Shown: positions 36,083 to 45,807 of the stretch, one piece after another | Layout: each line of letters opens with the position of its first letter | How positions within the stretch are numbered: the first letter of the stretch is position 1 | DNA from: an uncultured Planctomycetia bacterium | GTDB taxonomy: Bacteria; Omnitrophota; Gorgyraeia; Tantalellales; Tantalellaceae | Assembly (NCBI GenBank): GCA_964421015.1 | Contig: CAYQUS010000002.1 | Coordinates: forward strand, 8,538 to 72,537 | DNA length: 64,000 nucleotides | Direction of reading: 5' to 3' | Position numbers and translations under genes: made by a program | Notes under the pieces: generated by a model | What the model was told of the DNA's origin: nothing | Database searches by the model: none | The model's input: the letters and a program-made list of their open reading frames with translations, nothing else

Positions 36083-38026
36083 TCAATGCCCTTTCTCCGT
36101 CGGCCTTACCTTCTGGGCGTTCATCTCTTTCTGTTTACCGTCTATCCTTTTTCCCCTGGAAAGATAGTTCGTATGCAAAAGCTTGTGGCTCAAAGCCCCG
36201 CACGGCCCTTCGGTGAAAAATTCCTCGTATATTTTTTTCACTATCGGATTGTCATGTGATTTCCTGTATTCAAGCGTCTTATCCTCGGCGTAAATGGCCT
36301 TTGCCCTGGCCTCTCTTATGGCCGGCGTAGTGGGAACGGGCTGGCCGCCTCCTCCTATGCATCCTCCGGGGCAGGCCATGATCTCTATGAAGTGGTAATC
36401 CTTGAGCTCACCGGCGGAAAGCATTTCGAGTATTTTTTTGGCGTTAGCTGTTCCGTGCCCTACCATTACCTTGAGTACGACCCCTTCCAGGAATTTCCAC
36501 TCCGGAAGGGCCCTTTTTATCGGGAGCTCCGCCTTTCTTATGCCTTCCATTCCCCTCAGGGGCTCTATGCAAAGATCCTTGAACGGCACGGGTTCACCGG
36601 TAACTATCTCGTACGCTGTCCTTATGGCGGCTTCCATTACGCCTCCCGTGGCCCCGAAAATAAGGGCGGCCCCGGAACCTATCCCCAAGGGGTCGTCGAA
36701 CTCCGACTCCGGCAGATTCGGCAGGTCCAGCCCGGCTTCCTTTATCATCTTGGCCAGCTCCCTTGTTGTAAGCGCATAGTCCACGTCCTTGTAGCCGGAA
36801 CTTTCCATTTCGGGGCGCTCACACTCGAATTTTTTAGCCGTGCACGGCATAAGGGAAATACTTACCAGTTTGGACGGATCTATATTGTTCCGTTTAGTAT
36901 ACCATGTTTTTACAACCGCCCCGAACATCTGCTGCGGGCTTTTAGCCGTGGAGACATGGGCGAGTTTTTCGGGATAAAAATGTTCTATGAACTTTACCCA
37001 TCCTGGAGAACAGGAAGTCATAAGCGGCAGGGCCACGGAAGCGTCCTTTTCAACTATCGCTTTTTTGAGGCGGAGCAAAAGTTCCGTCCCCTCTTCCATT
37101 ATGGTAAGGTCAGCGGTAAAGTTGGTGTCGAAAACCTTATCGAATCCCATCCTCTTTAGAGCGGTATTAAGTTTTTTCGTAACGCATGTTCCGGGCGGAA
37201 GCCCGAACTCCTCGCCTATTGCGGCCCTTGGAGAAGGAGCTGTCTGTATTACAACGTGCTTCCCGGGATCGTCTATCGCTTCCCAGACCACGTCGGTATC
37301 GTCGTTCTCTCTAAGAGCCCCGGTGGGGCATCTGTTGATGCACTGCCCGCAATTTATACACACAACATCCGACATGGGCTCGTCCCTGAAGGTGGTTATT
37401 TTTGTCTTCGCTCCCCTGTACGACGCCTCCAGCACTCCCACTTCCTGAAGATCTATGCAGCTTCTCACGCACCTCTTACACAATATGCACTTATCCATGT
37501 CCCTGACCACAGAATAGCTGGACTCGTCCACCTTATATCTTGGTTTTTCTATGTGCCCGAACTTGTATTCCGTAACTCCGTATTCTTCGGCAAGATCCTG
37601 CAGCTCGCAGTTGCCGTTCTTCTTGCACGAGTAACATTCCCCGTAATGGTTTCTCAAAAGGAGCTGTATTATGTTCCTTCTCGCCCTGCGGACCCTCGGT
37701 GAAGAGGTTTTTACAACAGTGGTGTCGAAGAGCGGGTAGGAACATGCGGCCTGAAGGGTGCGCTGCCCCTCGACTTCCACTACGCAAACCCTGCATACCC
37801 CGGCCAGGCACAGATCCTCATGATGGCACAAAGTCGGTATCCGCACGCCGGCCAGCCTAGCCCCTTCAAGTATGGTTGTTCCCATCGGGACCCTGACGTT
37901 CTCGTCGTCGACAGTAAGCTTTACGGTGCCGCCAAGTGAAGCCGCGTTAATATCCTCGACCTTGCGTGTTCTCTGGCTCACAGGAGCTCTTGACGTGTCC
38001 GAGCTGAACGGTTTTTTTTCTTCCAT
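36083..38026 (-). CDS. [FeFe]-hydrogenase catalytic subunit (HydA-type) with N-terminal 2Fe-2S and 4Fe-4S ferredoxin domains
   Basis: Track ORF runs to 38200. I set the start at Met59 (MEEKKP...), 20 nt after the upstream stop. H-cluster motifs L2 (MPCTAKKFE) and L3 (EIMACPGGCIGGGGQP). L1 reads TSCSPGW in place of the canonical TSCCPxW; I re-read the DNA and it is tcc tgt tct. Confidence 0.85.
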   Translation of the reverse strand: MEEKKPFSSDTSRAPVSQRTRKVEDINAASLGGTVKLTVDDENVRVPMGTTILEGARLAGVRIPTLCHHEDLCLAGVCRVCVVEVEGQRTLQAACSYPLFDTTVVKTSSPRVRRARRNIIQLLLRNHYGECYSCKKNGNCELQDLAEEYGVTEYKFGHIEKPRYKVDESSYSVVRDMDKCILCKRCVRSCIDLQEVGVLEASYRGAKTKITTFRDEPMSDVVCINCGQCINRCPTGALRENDDTDVVWEAIDDPGKHVVIQTAPSPRAAIGEEFGLPPGTCVTKKLNTALKRMGFDKVFDTNFTADLTIMEEGTELLLRLKKAIVEKDASVALPLMTSCSPGWVKFIEHFYPEKLAHVSTAKSPQQMFGAVVKTWYTKRNNIDPSKLVSISLMPCTAKKFECERPEMESSGYKDVDYALTTRELAKMIKEAGLDLPNLPESEFDDPLGIGSGAALIFGATGGVMEAAIRTAYEIVTGEPVPFKDLCIEPLRGMEGIRKAELPIKRALPEWKFLEGVVLKVMVGHGTANAKKILEMLSAGELKDYHFIEIMACPGGCIGGGGQPVPTTPAIREARAKAIYAEDKTLEYRKSHDNPIVKKIYEEFFTEGPCGALSHKLLHTNYLSRGKRIDGKQKEMNAQKVRPTEKGH

Positions 38027-38045
38027 AAGGTTCTCCCTTTTCGTT

Positions 38046-39710
38046 TCAGCTGAAATTTTTGAGTATGGAAAGGAACGCGTTAGCGCTTGTCTGCCCGAGC
38101 CCGCACTTCGAGGCAAGCTGCATTGTCTCCGCGAGAGAGTAAAGATCGTTCCTGTCTTTTTCGGAAAGCTTACCCTCTCTGGCCTTATCCCAGAAATCAA
38201 GAAGCACCGGGATCCCCTCTCTGCACGGAGTGCATTGCCCGCATGACTCTTCCTCGAAAAATTTAAGGAAATTACGGGCCATATCCATCATGTTACGCCC
38301 TTTACCGAATATTATGACCGCCCCCCCGGTGGGTATATCCTCGAAAGATATGTTCCGAGAGAACTCTTTTTGGCCTACGCATATGCCGGAAGCTCCTCCT
38401 ATCTGAACAGCCTGCGTATCCGATGCTTCGGCCATTTCCAGTATGTCTTTTATCGCGGTTCCGAAAGGGATCTCGTAAACTCCGGGTTTACGGCAGTCTC
38501 CGGAAACGCTTATAAGTTTGGTTCCAGAGGATTTTTCTGTTCCGTGTTCCCTGAACCAGTCGGACCCTTTGGATATTATGTGCACCGCCGCCAGGCATGT
38601 CTCTACGTTATTGACGACTGTCGGGTCCCCCATATACCCTGTATTCACCGGAAAAGGCGGCCTGTTCCTGGGTTCTCCCCGGTTACCTTCAAGCGATTCT
38701 ATGAGCGCCGTCTCCTCTCCGCATACATAGGCTCCGCTTCCCAGCCTTATTTCTATGTCAAAATCAAAACCCCTCCCGAATATATCCTTGCCCAACGCCC
38801 TGTCTTTCCGCATTTCCGCGAGAGTGGACTCTAGATAACCCAGGAAAGAAGCGTACTCACCTCTCATATAGAGCACGCCCTTTTTAGCCCCTATGGCGAA
38901 GGCGGCTATAGTCATCCCTTCAAAAACAGTCCTTGCGTATTCGCTTAAAAGGACCCTGTCCTTGAATGTTCCCGGTTCCCCTTCATCGGCATTACAGACA
39001 ACATATTTGTTTTCGGCTTGCGCGGCCGCCGCCAGATTCCATTTAACCCCTGTCGGGAAACCGGCGCCGCCTCTTCCTTTTATGCCGGAGGATCTTATCT
39101 CTTCCAGAACAGCGACCCTTCCCATATCGAGTGCCTTTTTGAGGGCTTCGTGGGGTCGGGTCTCTGAAAGAAGAACGTCCTTTCTCTTCACGGAAGACCC
39201 GGGTTCATACTCTCCAGTGAGCGCGCTCTTGCCTTTTCTGCATTCTTCCGCGATAGCCCTGACTTTCTCCGCTGTCAGATTCCCCACAAGACGTGTTCCC
39301 ACCATTGCGGCGGGAGCGCTGTCACACATGCCTATGCAACTCGAGTATTCAAGCGAAAAAAGTCCGTCAGGGGACACCTCCCCTTCTTTTACGGAGAGTT
39401 CCTTTTCAAAGGCTCTCATTATCTCCCTGCTCCCGGAGCATTCACAACTGGGGCATGTGGACACTCTTATGTGGTTTTTTCCCTGTTTTTTTGTCTTAAG
39501 GAAGGAATAGAACGTGACCACCGAATAGACTTCCACGGGATGTATACCGAACTTATCGGCAAGGTCCTGCATGTCAGGGTCCGATATAAACCCTTTTTCT
39601 TCCTGTATTTTCTGCAGGGCGGGAAGGAGCCCGGAACGGCTCTCGTCGCAGACAAGGGCCTCTTTCCCTCCATCAAGGACCCTTTTGTGGACAGAACAGT
39701 TTTTAGCCAT
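38046..39710 (-). CDS. NuoE-NuoF fusion (HydC-HydB-like flavoprotein subunit: 2Fe-2S thioredoxin-like domain plus NADH-binding FMN/4Fe-4S 51 kDa domain)
   Basis: N-terminus is NuoE-like (…CPSCECSG…CIGMCDSAP). The C-terminus is NuoF-like (GRGGAGFPTGVKW, YVCGEETALIESLEG, ESCGQCTPCREG). Confidence 0.85.
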   Translation of the reverse strand: MAKNCSVHKRVLDGGKEALVCDESRSGLLPALQKIQEEKGFISDPDMQDLADKFGIHPVEVYSVVTFYSFLKTKKQGKNHIRVSTCPSCECSGSREIMRAFEKELSVKEGEVSPDGLFSLEYSSCIGMCDSAPAAMVGTRLVGNLTAEKVRAIAEECRKGKSALTGEYEPGSSVKRKDVLLSETRPHEALKKALDMGRVAVLEEIRSSGIKGRGGAGFPTGVKWNLAAAAQAENKYVVCNADEGEPGTFKDRVLLSEYARTVFEGMTIAAFAIGAKKGVLYMRGEYASFLGYLESTLAEMRKDRALGKDIFGRGFDFDIEIRLGSGAYVCGEETALIESLEGNRGEPRNRPPFPVNTGYMGDPTVVNNVETCLAAVHIISKGSDWFREHGTEKSSGTKLISVSGDCRKPGVYEIPFGTAIKDILEMAEASDTQAVQIGGASGICVGQKEFSRNISFEDIPTGGAVIIFGKGRNMMDMARNFLKFFEEESCGQCTPCREGIPVLLDFWDKAREGKLSEKDRNDLYSLAETMQLASKCGLGQTSANAFLSILKNFS

Positions 39711-39736
39711 AGATAGCCCCCTCGCTTTTGGCGCGG

Positions 39737-40108
39737 TTATCTGTTCAGGATCTTGTCTATTTTGTCGAGAAATATCTCCGGAGATACCGGCTTTTCGATA
39801 AATTCGTCACAGGGGAGAACTGAATCGCACTTTCCGTAGGTATATCCTGTTACCTTGCCGACCCCGCTCAGCATTACTATGGGTGTCTTTATTCCTTGTT
39901 TTCTCAGTTTATTGGCCAGCGCTATTCCGTCGTCGGGGCTTGCCATCATTATGTCCAGCAGGATGAGGTCGGGTTTCTCTGTTTTTATTTTCTTTTCACC
40001 TTCTTCCGGATCGTTAGCGGTAACTACCGTATGTCCTTTTCTTAAAAGAATCGACGTAGCGGCTTCTAAAAAATCCTGATCATCGTCTACCATCAGTATC
40101 TTTGCCAT
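39737..40108 (-). CDS. response regulator, receiver domain only
   Basis: KILMVDDDQDFLE...DLILLDIMM... It lies immediately upstream of the hydrogenase genes on the same strand. Confidence 0.8.
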   Translation of the reverse strand: MAKILMVDDDQDFLEAATSILLRKGHTVVTANDPEEGEKKIKTEKPDLILLDIMMASPDDGIALANKLRKQGIKTPIVMLSGVGKVTGYTYGKCDSVLPCDEFIEKPVSPEIFLDKIDKILNR

Positions 40109-40364
40109 AACCCTCCCCCTTTTCCCGGCCGTTCAGGAATTCCGCTTCGCGGGGTCTGGTAACACGCCCCTTCGCGAGGGGAATGCGCATGATCTTAAAA
40201 GTCACCGGGCAAGACATTCCCGCACGCTCAAGAACATATTATATATCACGATCTGCTCATGTCAACCCGCCCCTTAGCCCGCCTCTTTATCTATTGCCTT
40301 ACTTCGGGTTTCATTATATAATCGTCGTGTCCTTAAAAACCCCAAATTCCGGGAGAGAAAACAA

Positions 40365-40553
40365 ATGCCTCTTAAAAGATCTAAAAAACTCACCTGCTGC
40401 GAAAAATGCCAGAACTACTGGACATGTGAGACAAAGTGGTATCGCGGCGAGCACAACAAGACCAACGTCTGCTGCTCGCTGTGTTCTTTCTACACAGACT
40501 GCTGGGAACCTCTTCTCCCCGGGTCTAAATGCGGGCGATCTAAACGGGCTTAG
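40365..40553 (+). CDS. small cysteine-rich protein (62 aa, 10 Cys), hypothetical
   Basis: GGGAGAG SD about 8 nt upstream and a TATAAT box ~45 nt upstream. Cysteines arranged as CC..C....C / CC..C....C. It is the only plus-strand ORF in a minus-strand neighbourhood. Confidence 0.35.
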   Translation: MPLKRSKKLTCCEKCQNYWTCETKWYRGEHNKTNVCCSLCSFYTDCWEPLLPGSKCGRSKRA

Positions 40554-41821
40554 TCGGTTTGCCGTTCCTGTCTTCTCCTGACCATAAAGATCCCAATGAT
40601 AGCCGACGCGGAAAACATTATCCCCCCCCAGAACAGGATATCGAATGTCGAGAAAACTCTGGCAGCCAGAGCAGATATACCCATAAAAAGTATGAACCCC
40701 AGGTGCATTATGGATTCCATAGAGCTAAAAACCCTTCCTCTTGCCTCATCCGGAACGGATATATGCGCGATGTAGTTCGCGCAGCTGGCTATCGGCCCGG
40801 CGAAAAATCCCGTTAAAAAAAGAGCCAGCCACCTGAGCGCATGCTCACCCGTGAACATTTCGTTGGCCGCGAAAAAACTTAACGATATCCCGGTCAAGGC
40901 AGAAGCGGCAAGCATAGACTTTACTTTATTGAACCTTCCCCAGAATTTACCGTATACCAAAGCTCCGAAAAGAAGCCCTACTCCGCAAAAAGCTCCCATT
41001 ACGCCCAGCTCTCTGGTGCTCCCCTTCATTATCTCCTGAACAAATACGATGAGAACGCAAAAGATGAAACCCGCCCCCGACATGACAAAAAAAAGCGCAA
41101 GGGACATTTCTCTCATTTTCCCGGGCTTTGTCATGAACGAAAGTCCCTCTATCATCTCTTTAAAGAGGTTTTTCCTGACAACGGCCTTTATTAACTCGCT
41201 CGTGACAGGCGAAGAAAAAGTACGCGACTTCTCGCCCGGGAGAGCCCTCATCGCGATGGTGAATATCAGCGCGGCTGAGATAAAATACGTAAGCCCGTCT
41301 ATATAAAATCCCCAGGAATACCCGAGCCATTTGACAAGGAACCCGGATACCACAAAACCCAGCGCCGAAGCTATAACGCGGGTCGTACTGGTAAGCGCGT
41401 TAGCCTCTAGAAGATCCTCTTCGGGGACAACACACGGTATTATCGCCATTTTGGAAGGAAGAAAGAACCTGGTGCCGGAGAATATCAGGAAAATAAGGAC
41501 ATACACAGCCGGCATAAAGCCCCGTAAGACAAAAAAGGGGATCATCGCCGCCATTACTCCCCTGGAAACATCAGCTATGATCATTATTTTTTTACGGCTC
41601 CACCTGTCGGCCAAAGCCCCGGCTACGGGTCCCACGATAAAAACCGGTATTACCGTAAAAAAAACCAGCTTGGCCATGGCGCTTACCGATCCCGGGGCTT
41701 TGGAATACACCAGAGCCACAAGCGCCATCTGATTGAGCCTGTCGCCGAATTCAGAGATTATCTGGCTTGACCATAAGGTGAAAAAACCGCGTCTGAAAAG
41801 TGTCTTTCGCAGGTTGCTCAT
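40550..41821 (-). CDS. MFS transporter
   Basis: 12-TM profile. Track ORF runs to 41881 and would overlap tRNA-Thr, so I set the start at Met21 (MSNLRK...). Confidence 0.8.
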   Translation of the reverse strand: MSNLRKTLFRRGFFTLWSSQIISEFGDRLNQMALVALVYSKAPGSVSAMAKLVFFTVIPVFIVGPVAGALADRWSRKKIMIIADVSRGVMAAMIPFFVLRGFMPAVYVLIFLIFSGTRFFLPSKMAIIPCVVPEEDLLEANALTSTTRVIASALGFVVSGFLVKWLGYSWGFYIDGLTYFISAALIFTIAMRALPGEKSRTFSSPVTSELIKAVVRKNLFKEMIEGLSFMTKPGKMREMSLALFFVMSGAGFIFCVLIVFVQEIMKGSTRELGVMGAFCGVGLLFGALVYGKFWGRFNKVKSMLAASALTGISLSFFAANEMFTGEHALRWLALFLTGFFAGPIASCANYIAHISVPDEARGRVFSSMESIMHLGFILFMGISALAARVFSTFDILFWGGIMFSASAIIGIFMVRRRQERQTD

Positions 41822-41843
41822 AAAGAAAGGGATAAAAAAGAAT

Positions 41844-41919
41844 GGAGCCCGCAAGTGGACTCGAACCACCGACCTAAGCATTACGAATGCTTTGCTCTAC
41901 CAGCTGAGCTACGCGGGCC
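41844..41919 (-). tRNA. tRNA-Thr (anticodon CGT)
   Basis: Hand-folded cloverleaf. Anticodon loop ttCGTaa. CCA encoded. Confidence 0.75.
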
Positions 41920-41945
41920 CCGGCATCAAAAGACCGTCCGAGATC

Positions 41946-42278
41946 TTACTTGGTCTGATCCTTGAATCCTGAAGTAGATTCCAGTATAGGCCTGTATCCG
42001 TTGGGCCAGGGTATCAGAAAGGTGCCTACCTCGACTATACCCGTGGCTCCTTTTACAATGAACCTTGAGACTCCCTCAAGGAACCCGTGGGAAGTCCCGG
42101 CAAGAAGACCTGTCCCTGTTCTGTTTTCCTTAACCGAATAAAGCATCTCCCCGGGAGACGAAAGAATGTTCCACAAGCCGGTGTTAAGTTTTTCTATAGG
42201 ACCCGGCTCGGATCCCGCGAACGCGCATGCCCCGGACATAACGGAAAAAACCACGGCTAGAACTACGAGCTTTTTCAT
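41946..42278 (-). CDS. small secreted protein, hypothetical
   Basis: Signal peptide MKKLVVLAVVFSVMSGACAFA. Confidence 0.5.
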   Translation of the reverse strand: MKKLVVLAVVFSVMSGACAFAGSEPGPIEKLNTGLWNILSSPGEMLYSVKENRTGTGLLAGTSHGFLEGVSRFIVKGATGIVEVGTFLIPWPNGYRPILESTSGFKDQTK

Positions 42279-42380
42279 TTTCCCTCCCTTGTTCCGTGCC
42301 CACTAAAACTAAAGAAGAATAACGACATAGATTTTATACGTTCGCGCTTTTTTTAGCAAGATTTTCCTGTTGCCAGGACC

Positions 42381-42659
42381 TCATACGGAAGCCCCCACGG
42401 CCCTGGACTCGGTAGACTCGAACTCTGCCGTATCTCCGGGTCCGGCGGAAGGAAGAAGAAACTTCACAAGCTCCCCCAAAACATCTTTTTCCGTGACAAA
42501 GTCGCCGAAAGAACTCATATTGCTGCCGCTCTGCTCGAAACAGTCTATCTTAGGACCTGTCGGCGTGATCGGTCTTTCGGGAAAGGCCGGAATGATCGTG
42601 CCCGCTTGCTCGGGGAAATGGACCAGGACGAAAAGCGCCAGAAAAAGGGATCTTTTCAT
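42381..42659 (-). CDS. small secreted protein, hypothetical
   Basis: Signal peptide MKRSLFLALFVLVHFPEQAG. Confidence 0.4.
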   Translation of the reverse strand: MKRSLFLALFVLVHFPEQAGTIIPAFPERPITPTGPKIDCFEQSGSNMSSFGDFVTEKDVLGELVKFLLPSAGPGDTAEFESTESRAVGASV

Positions 42660-42786
42660 GTTTTCCTCCTTGCGGCAAAATCCGAACTTTATCCGGATCC
42701 GCTGCTTTCCTCATTATACATAGCCGGGCCGGAATATGGAAGAGCTTTCAGGTGGGAAGAAAGCGATTTATTGAAGTGGTGCCGCG

Positions 42787-42862
<76 letters not shown>

Positions 42863-42930
42863 GAGATTATAACATAGACCTAAATTATGGCAAGGGGAAA
42901 TTCCGGCAGGTTTTTAATGCGCTTGAGCTC

Positions 42931-43329
42931 TCAGAAAGACCTTCTCTTCTGGTATTCTATAGAGGCTACCCTGAAATCTATCTCTCTCTCTCGTCCCTTA
43001 TCGGACTTCCGGATCTGTTCTATATCTTCGAGTTCCGTTTCCAGCTGTTCCCTGAAATCTCCGGGAAGATCCGTGAAGATCGCGCCTATCCTGTTGGTTT
43101 TTTCGGCTATTTCCCGGGCATACCTTACGATCGCCCCGATAGTGAACATCCTTTTTTTAAGGAACACCTTAAGACAGAAAGCCTCATCTTTCTTAAGGGC
43201 CTGCGTGGTTTTAAAGGCCGCCCCGCCCGCGCTTATGTCCTCAAGACTTACTATCTTCCCTCCGGACCTGGCGCAAGCTTCCGCGGCGTACGCCGCCTGG
43301 TATCTGGTGGATGTTCTTCGTTCCTTCAT
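42931..43329 (-). CDS. PilZ-domain protein (c-di-GMP binding)
   Basis: ERRTSTR (RxxxR-type) and DISAGGAAF (DxSxGG) motifs. Confidence 0.7.
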   Translation of the reverse strand: MKERRTSTRYQAAYAAEACARSGGKIVSLEDISAGGAAFKTTQALKKDEAFCLKVFLKKRMFTIGAIVRYAREIAEKTNRIGAIFTDLPGDFREQLETELEDIEQIRKSDKGREREIDFRVASIEYQKRRSF

Positions 43330-43398
43330 GACTCATTTATTTTATCACAGTTTAGGGTTTTCAGGAAGTAAGATTTTAAAAAGTAAGTTTCGTAGCGC

Positions 43399-44355
43399 CT
43401 ATTTCAGGAGTTTCGAGGCTTCACGGAGGAATTTTTCCATCTCTTCAGGGGAATTCTTTATAACACATCCCGCCACGTCGGAATGTCCTCCGCCTCCATA
43501 TTCTTTGGCCAGAGTCCCTACATTTATGTCCTTCCTGGACCTTAAGCTCACCCTTAACTTATTACGGGATTTTTCCCGGAAAAAAACCGTGATCTCGACT
43601 CCCTGTATGGCTCTTATCTCGTCGGGAATAACGTCGACGTCTCTGTCTTTTCCCCCGGTTAGCTTAAAATCCTTTCTTCTCACTACTGTCCATGCGAGTT
43701 TCCCGCCGCGTCGAAAACGGCATCTTGACAGACAAAGCCCCCCGAGAATAACGGCATTCTTATTTTTTTTCCAAAAAACATCCTCGACAAGACCGTTAAA
43801 ATCCAGCCCTGTCCTGATAAGGTCCGAGGATATCTGAAAAGTTTCGGCTCGCACGGAAGGAAGCCTGAAAGAGCTTGTCTCAACTATTATGGAAGTAAGT
43901 ATACTGCGGGCCATAGAACGGTCGATCTTCACTTTAAGTTCCCCGAGAAGAATATAGACCATCTCCCCTACCGCCGCCGCGTCCGGGGAGATGAACGCCA
44001 TATCTTCATAGGGCTCTCTTATGATGTGATGGTCTATGGCGAGTATCTCCCGGGACCTTTCTCTTATTTCCCTGAACCCGGGTCCGATCATTTCCGAGGA
44101 ATTACAATCAACCGTCACCGCCAGATCCACATCCGAATCAAGCTCTCTTCTGGTTTTCGCGGCTCCGGCAAGTCCGGCGTACCGCGCGGGTATGCCGTCG
44201 TAGCTTACTCTTACGCATTTCTTGCCCATCTTCTCAAGCGCGAGAGCCAGGGACAGCATAGAACCTACCGTGTCCCCGTCCGGGTTTATATGGCAGATCA
44301 CCGCTGTTTTTTTTGCGCGGTTTATGGCTTTTGCCGCTGCGGAAAGCCCTTCCAT
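43399..44355 (-). CDS. nrnA: DHH/DHHA1 phosphoesterase (NrnA-like oligoribonuclease/pAp phosphatase)
   Basis: Track ORF runs to 44550. The start is set at Met66 (MEGLSAAAK...), after the upstream gene stop. Motifs HINPDGDTVGS, DHH, GGGH. Confidence 0.75.
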   Translation of the reverse strand: MEGLSAAAKAINRAKKTAVICHINPDGDTVGSMLSLALALEKMGKKCVRVSYDGIPARYAGLAGAAKTRRELDSDVDLAVTVDCNSSEMIGPGFREIRERSREILAIDHHIIREPYEDMAFISPDAAAVGEMVYILLGELKVKIDRSMARSILTSIIVETSSFRLPSVRAETFQISSDLIRTGLDFNGLVEDVFWKKNKNAVILGGLCLSRCRFRRGGKLAWTVVRRKDFKLTGGKDRDVDVIPDEIRAIQGVEITVFFREKSRNKLRVSLRSRKDINVGTLAKEYGGGGHSDVAGCVIKNSPEEMEKFLREASKLLK

Positions 44356-44360
44356 GCGCC

Positions 44361-44594
44361 TTACATTTCCTTGAAGACTTCCTGCATGAGAGGGATAACG
44401 GCTTCGGCTTCTTCTCTCGTGAGCCTGCCGAGCTTGGCGAATCTGTATTCCCCGTCCATGTTCCTGTTTTCCCTGGATATCTGCATTTTTTTCTGGCCGT
44501 TGTTGTAAGAATATATGCTCACCGTTATACGGTCGGGGCCGTTTTCCCATACTTTTTTAGCTAAACACGCGTCAAGACTGCTGTCATAAGGCAT
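44361..44594 (-). CDS. hypothetical small protein (77 aa)
   Basis: Compact ORF in an operon position between pyk and nrnA. Confidence 0.4.
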   Translation of the reverse strand: MPYDSSLDACLAKKVWENGPDRITVSIYSYNNGQKKMQISRENRNMDGEYRFAKLGRLTREEAEAVIPLMQEVFKEM

Positions 44595-44612
44595 ATTTTC
44601 CTCCTTTTGCCG

Positions 44613-45677
44613 TTACTTTTGTGTTTTTATTTCGTTTTCGTAAGTTTCTGTGAATTTGATTATTTTATCCATCATCGTTACGGCTTCCACCGGGAACGCT
44701 CCGGCGGCCGTTTCTCCCGAAAGCATCACAAAATCCGTTCCGTCAAGAATGGCGTTGGCGACATCTGTTACCTCGGCCCTGGTCGGCCTTGAGTGTTCCG
44801 TCATATGCTCAAGCATCTGCGTGGCTGTTATTACTGGCTTGCCGGCAATATTGCATTTTCTTATTATCATTTTCTGTATCACCGGGACGGTATACATCGG
44901 AACGGCTATTCCCATGTCCCCTCTTGCTATCATGATCCCGTCCGATACTTTTATGATGGAATCTATGTTATTTATGGCCTCCCTGGACTCTATTTTAGCT
45001 ATTACCCCGCAACAGGGTAGCCTGTCAGATACGACGGACTTTATCTTTTCCACATCCCGGGCTGTCCTTACAAAGGACTGCGCCACGTAATCAAACTTAT
45101 GTTTTATGCCGAACTCAAGGTCCCTGATATCTTTTTCGGTTACGCCCGAAAAAGGTATCTTGACCCCGGGCATGTTGACTCCCTTTCGTTCCTTGAGAAT
45201 GCCTCCTTCTACAACTACCGCATCCAGCTGCTTGGCGGAAGACCTAAGCACTTTAAGGATTATGTTTCCGTCATCTATGTACACTATGGTCCCGGAAGTT
45301 ATCTTTCGAAAGTCTCCGCGGTAGTCCATGGGTATTACAAGCGGGTCTTTCTGGTCCTCCCCGGAAACTATGCGCACTTTAGCGTGTTTCTTAAGCGCCT
45401 TGACTCCCTTGCCGCTAAACCGCGAGATCCTTATTCTGTAGCCCTCCAGGTCCTGGAGCAGCTTGACGTTCCTTCGGTATTTTCTGTTTATCTCCCTGAC
45501 CAGCCTTATTTTCCCCAGATGCTCGGCATGCGTTCCGTGAGAAAAGTTTATCCTCGCCATGTCGAGCCCCGCTGAAACCATTTTCCTGAGAACTGCGTAA
45601 GTCTCGCTGGAAGGACCCAGTGTCGCTATTATCCTGGTCCTTGCTCTTCGGTTTATTTCTCTTTTTTTTATTTTCAT
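44613..45677 (-). CDS. pyk: pyruvate kinase (short form, ~354 aa, no C-terminal allosteric domain)
   Basis: [12 protein letters not shown]...MARINFSHG, then the MDKG-equivalent region. The start is set at MKIKK (45677). Confidence 0.85.
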   Translation of the reverse strand: MKIKKREINRRARTRIIATLGPSSETYAVLRKMVSAGLDMARINFSHGTHAEHLGKIRLVREINRKYRRNVKLLQDLEGYRIRISRFSGKGVKALKKHAKVRIVSGEDQKDPLVIPMDYRGDFRKITSGTIVYIDDGNIILKVLRSSAKQLDAVVVEGGILKERKGVNMPGVKIPFSGVTEKDIRDLEFGIKHKFDYVAQSFVRTARDVEKIKSVVSDRLPCCGVIAKIESREAINNIDSIIKVSDGIMIARGDMGIAVPMYTVPVIQKMIIRKCNIAGKPVITATQMLEHMTEHSRPTRAEVTDVANAILDGTDFVMLSGETAAGAFPVEAVTMMDKIIKFTETYENEIKTQK

Positions 45678-45807
45678 AAGCTTACGCTCTGGCCGGAATG
45701 GCCGCATTTTTTATCGCGCTTTTTATCCGGGGGAAATTCCCTCTGTCAGGCTAGATTATATACCATCACCCTTAAAACACAAAACATCCGCGAACAAAAA
45801 CTTTCTT

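Noticed and set aside
38026-38200. Extended N-terminus of the hydrogenase ORF overlapping NuoF by 155 nt
   Set aside because: The internal Met (MEEKKP) 20 nt after the NuoF stop gives a conventional arrangement. The extension has no homology.
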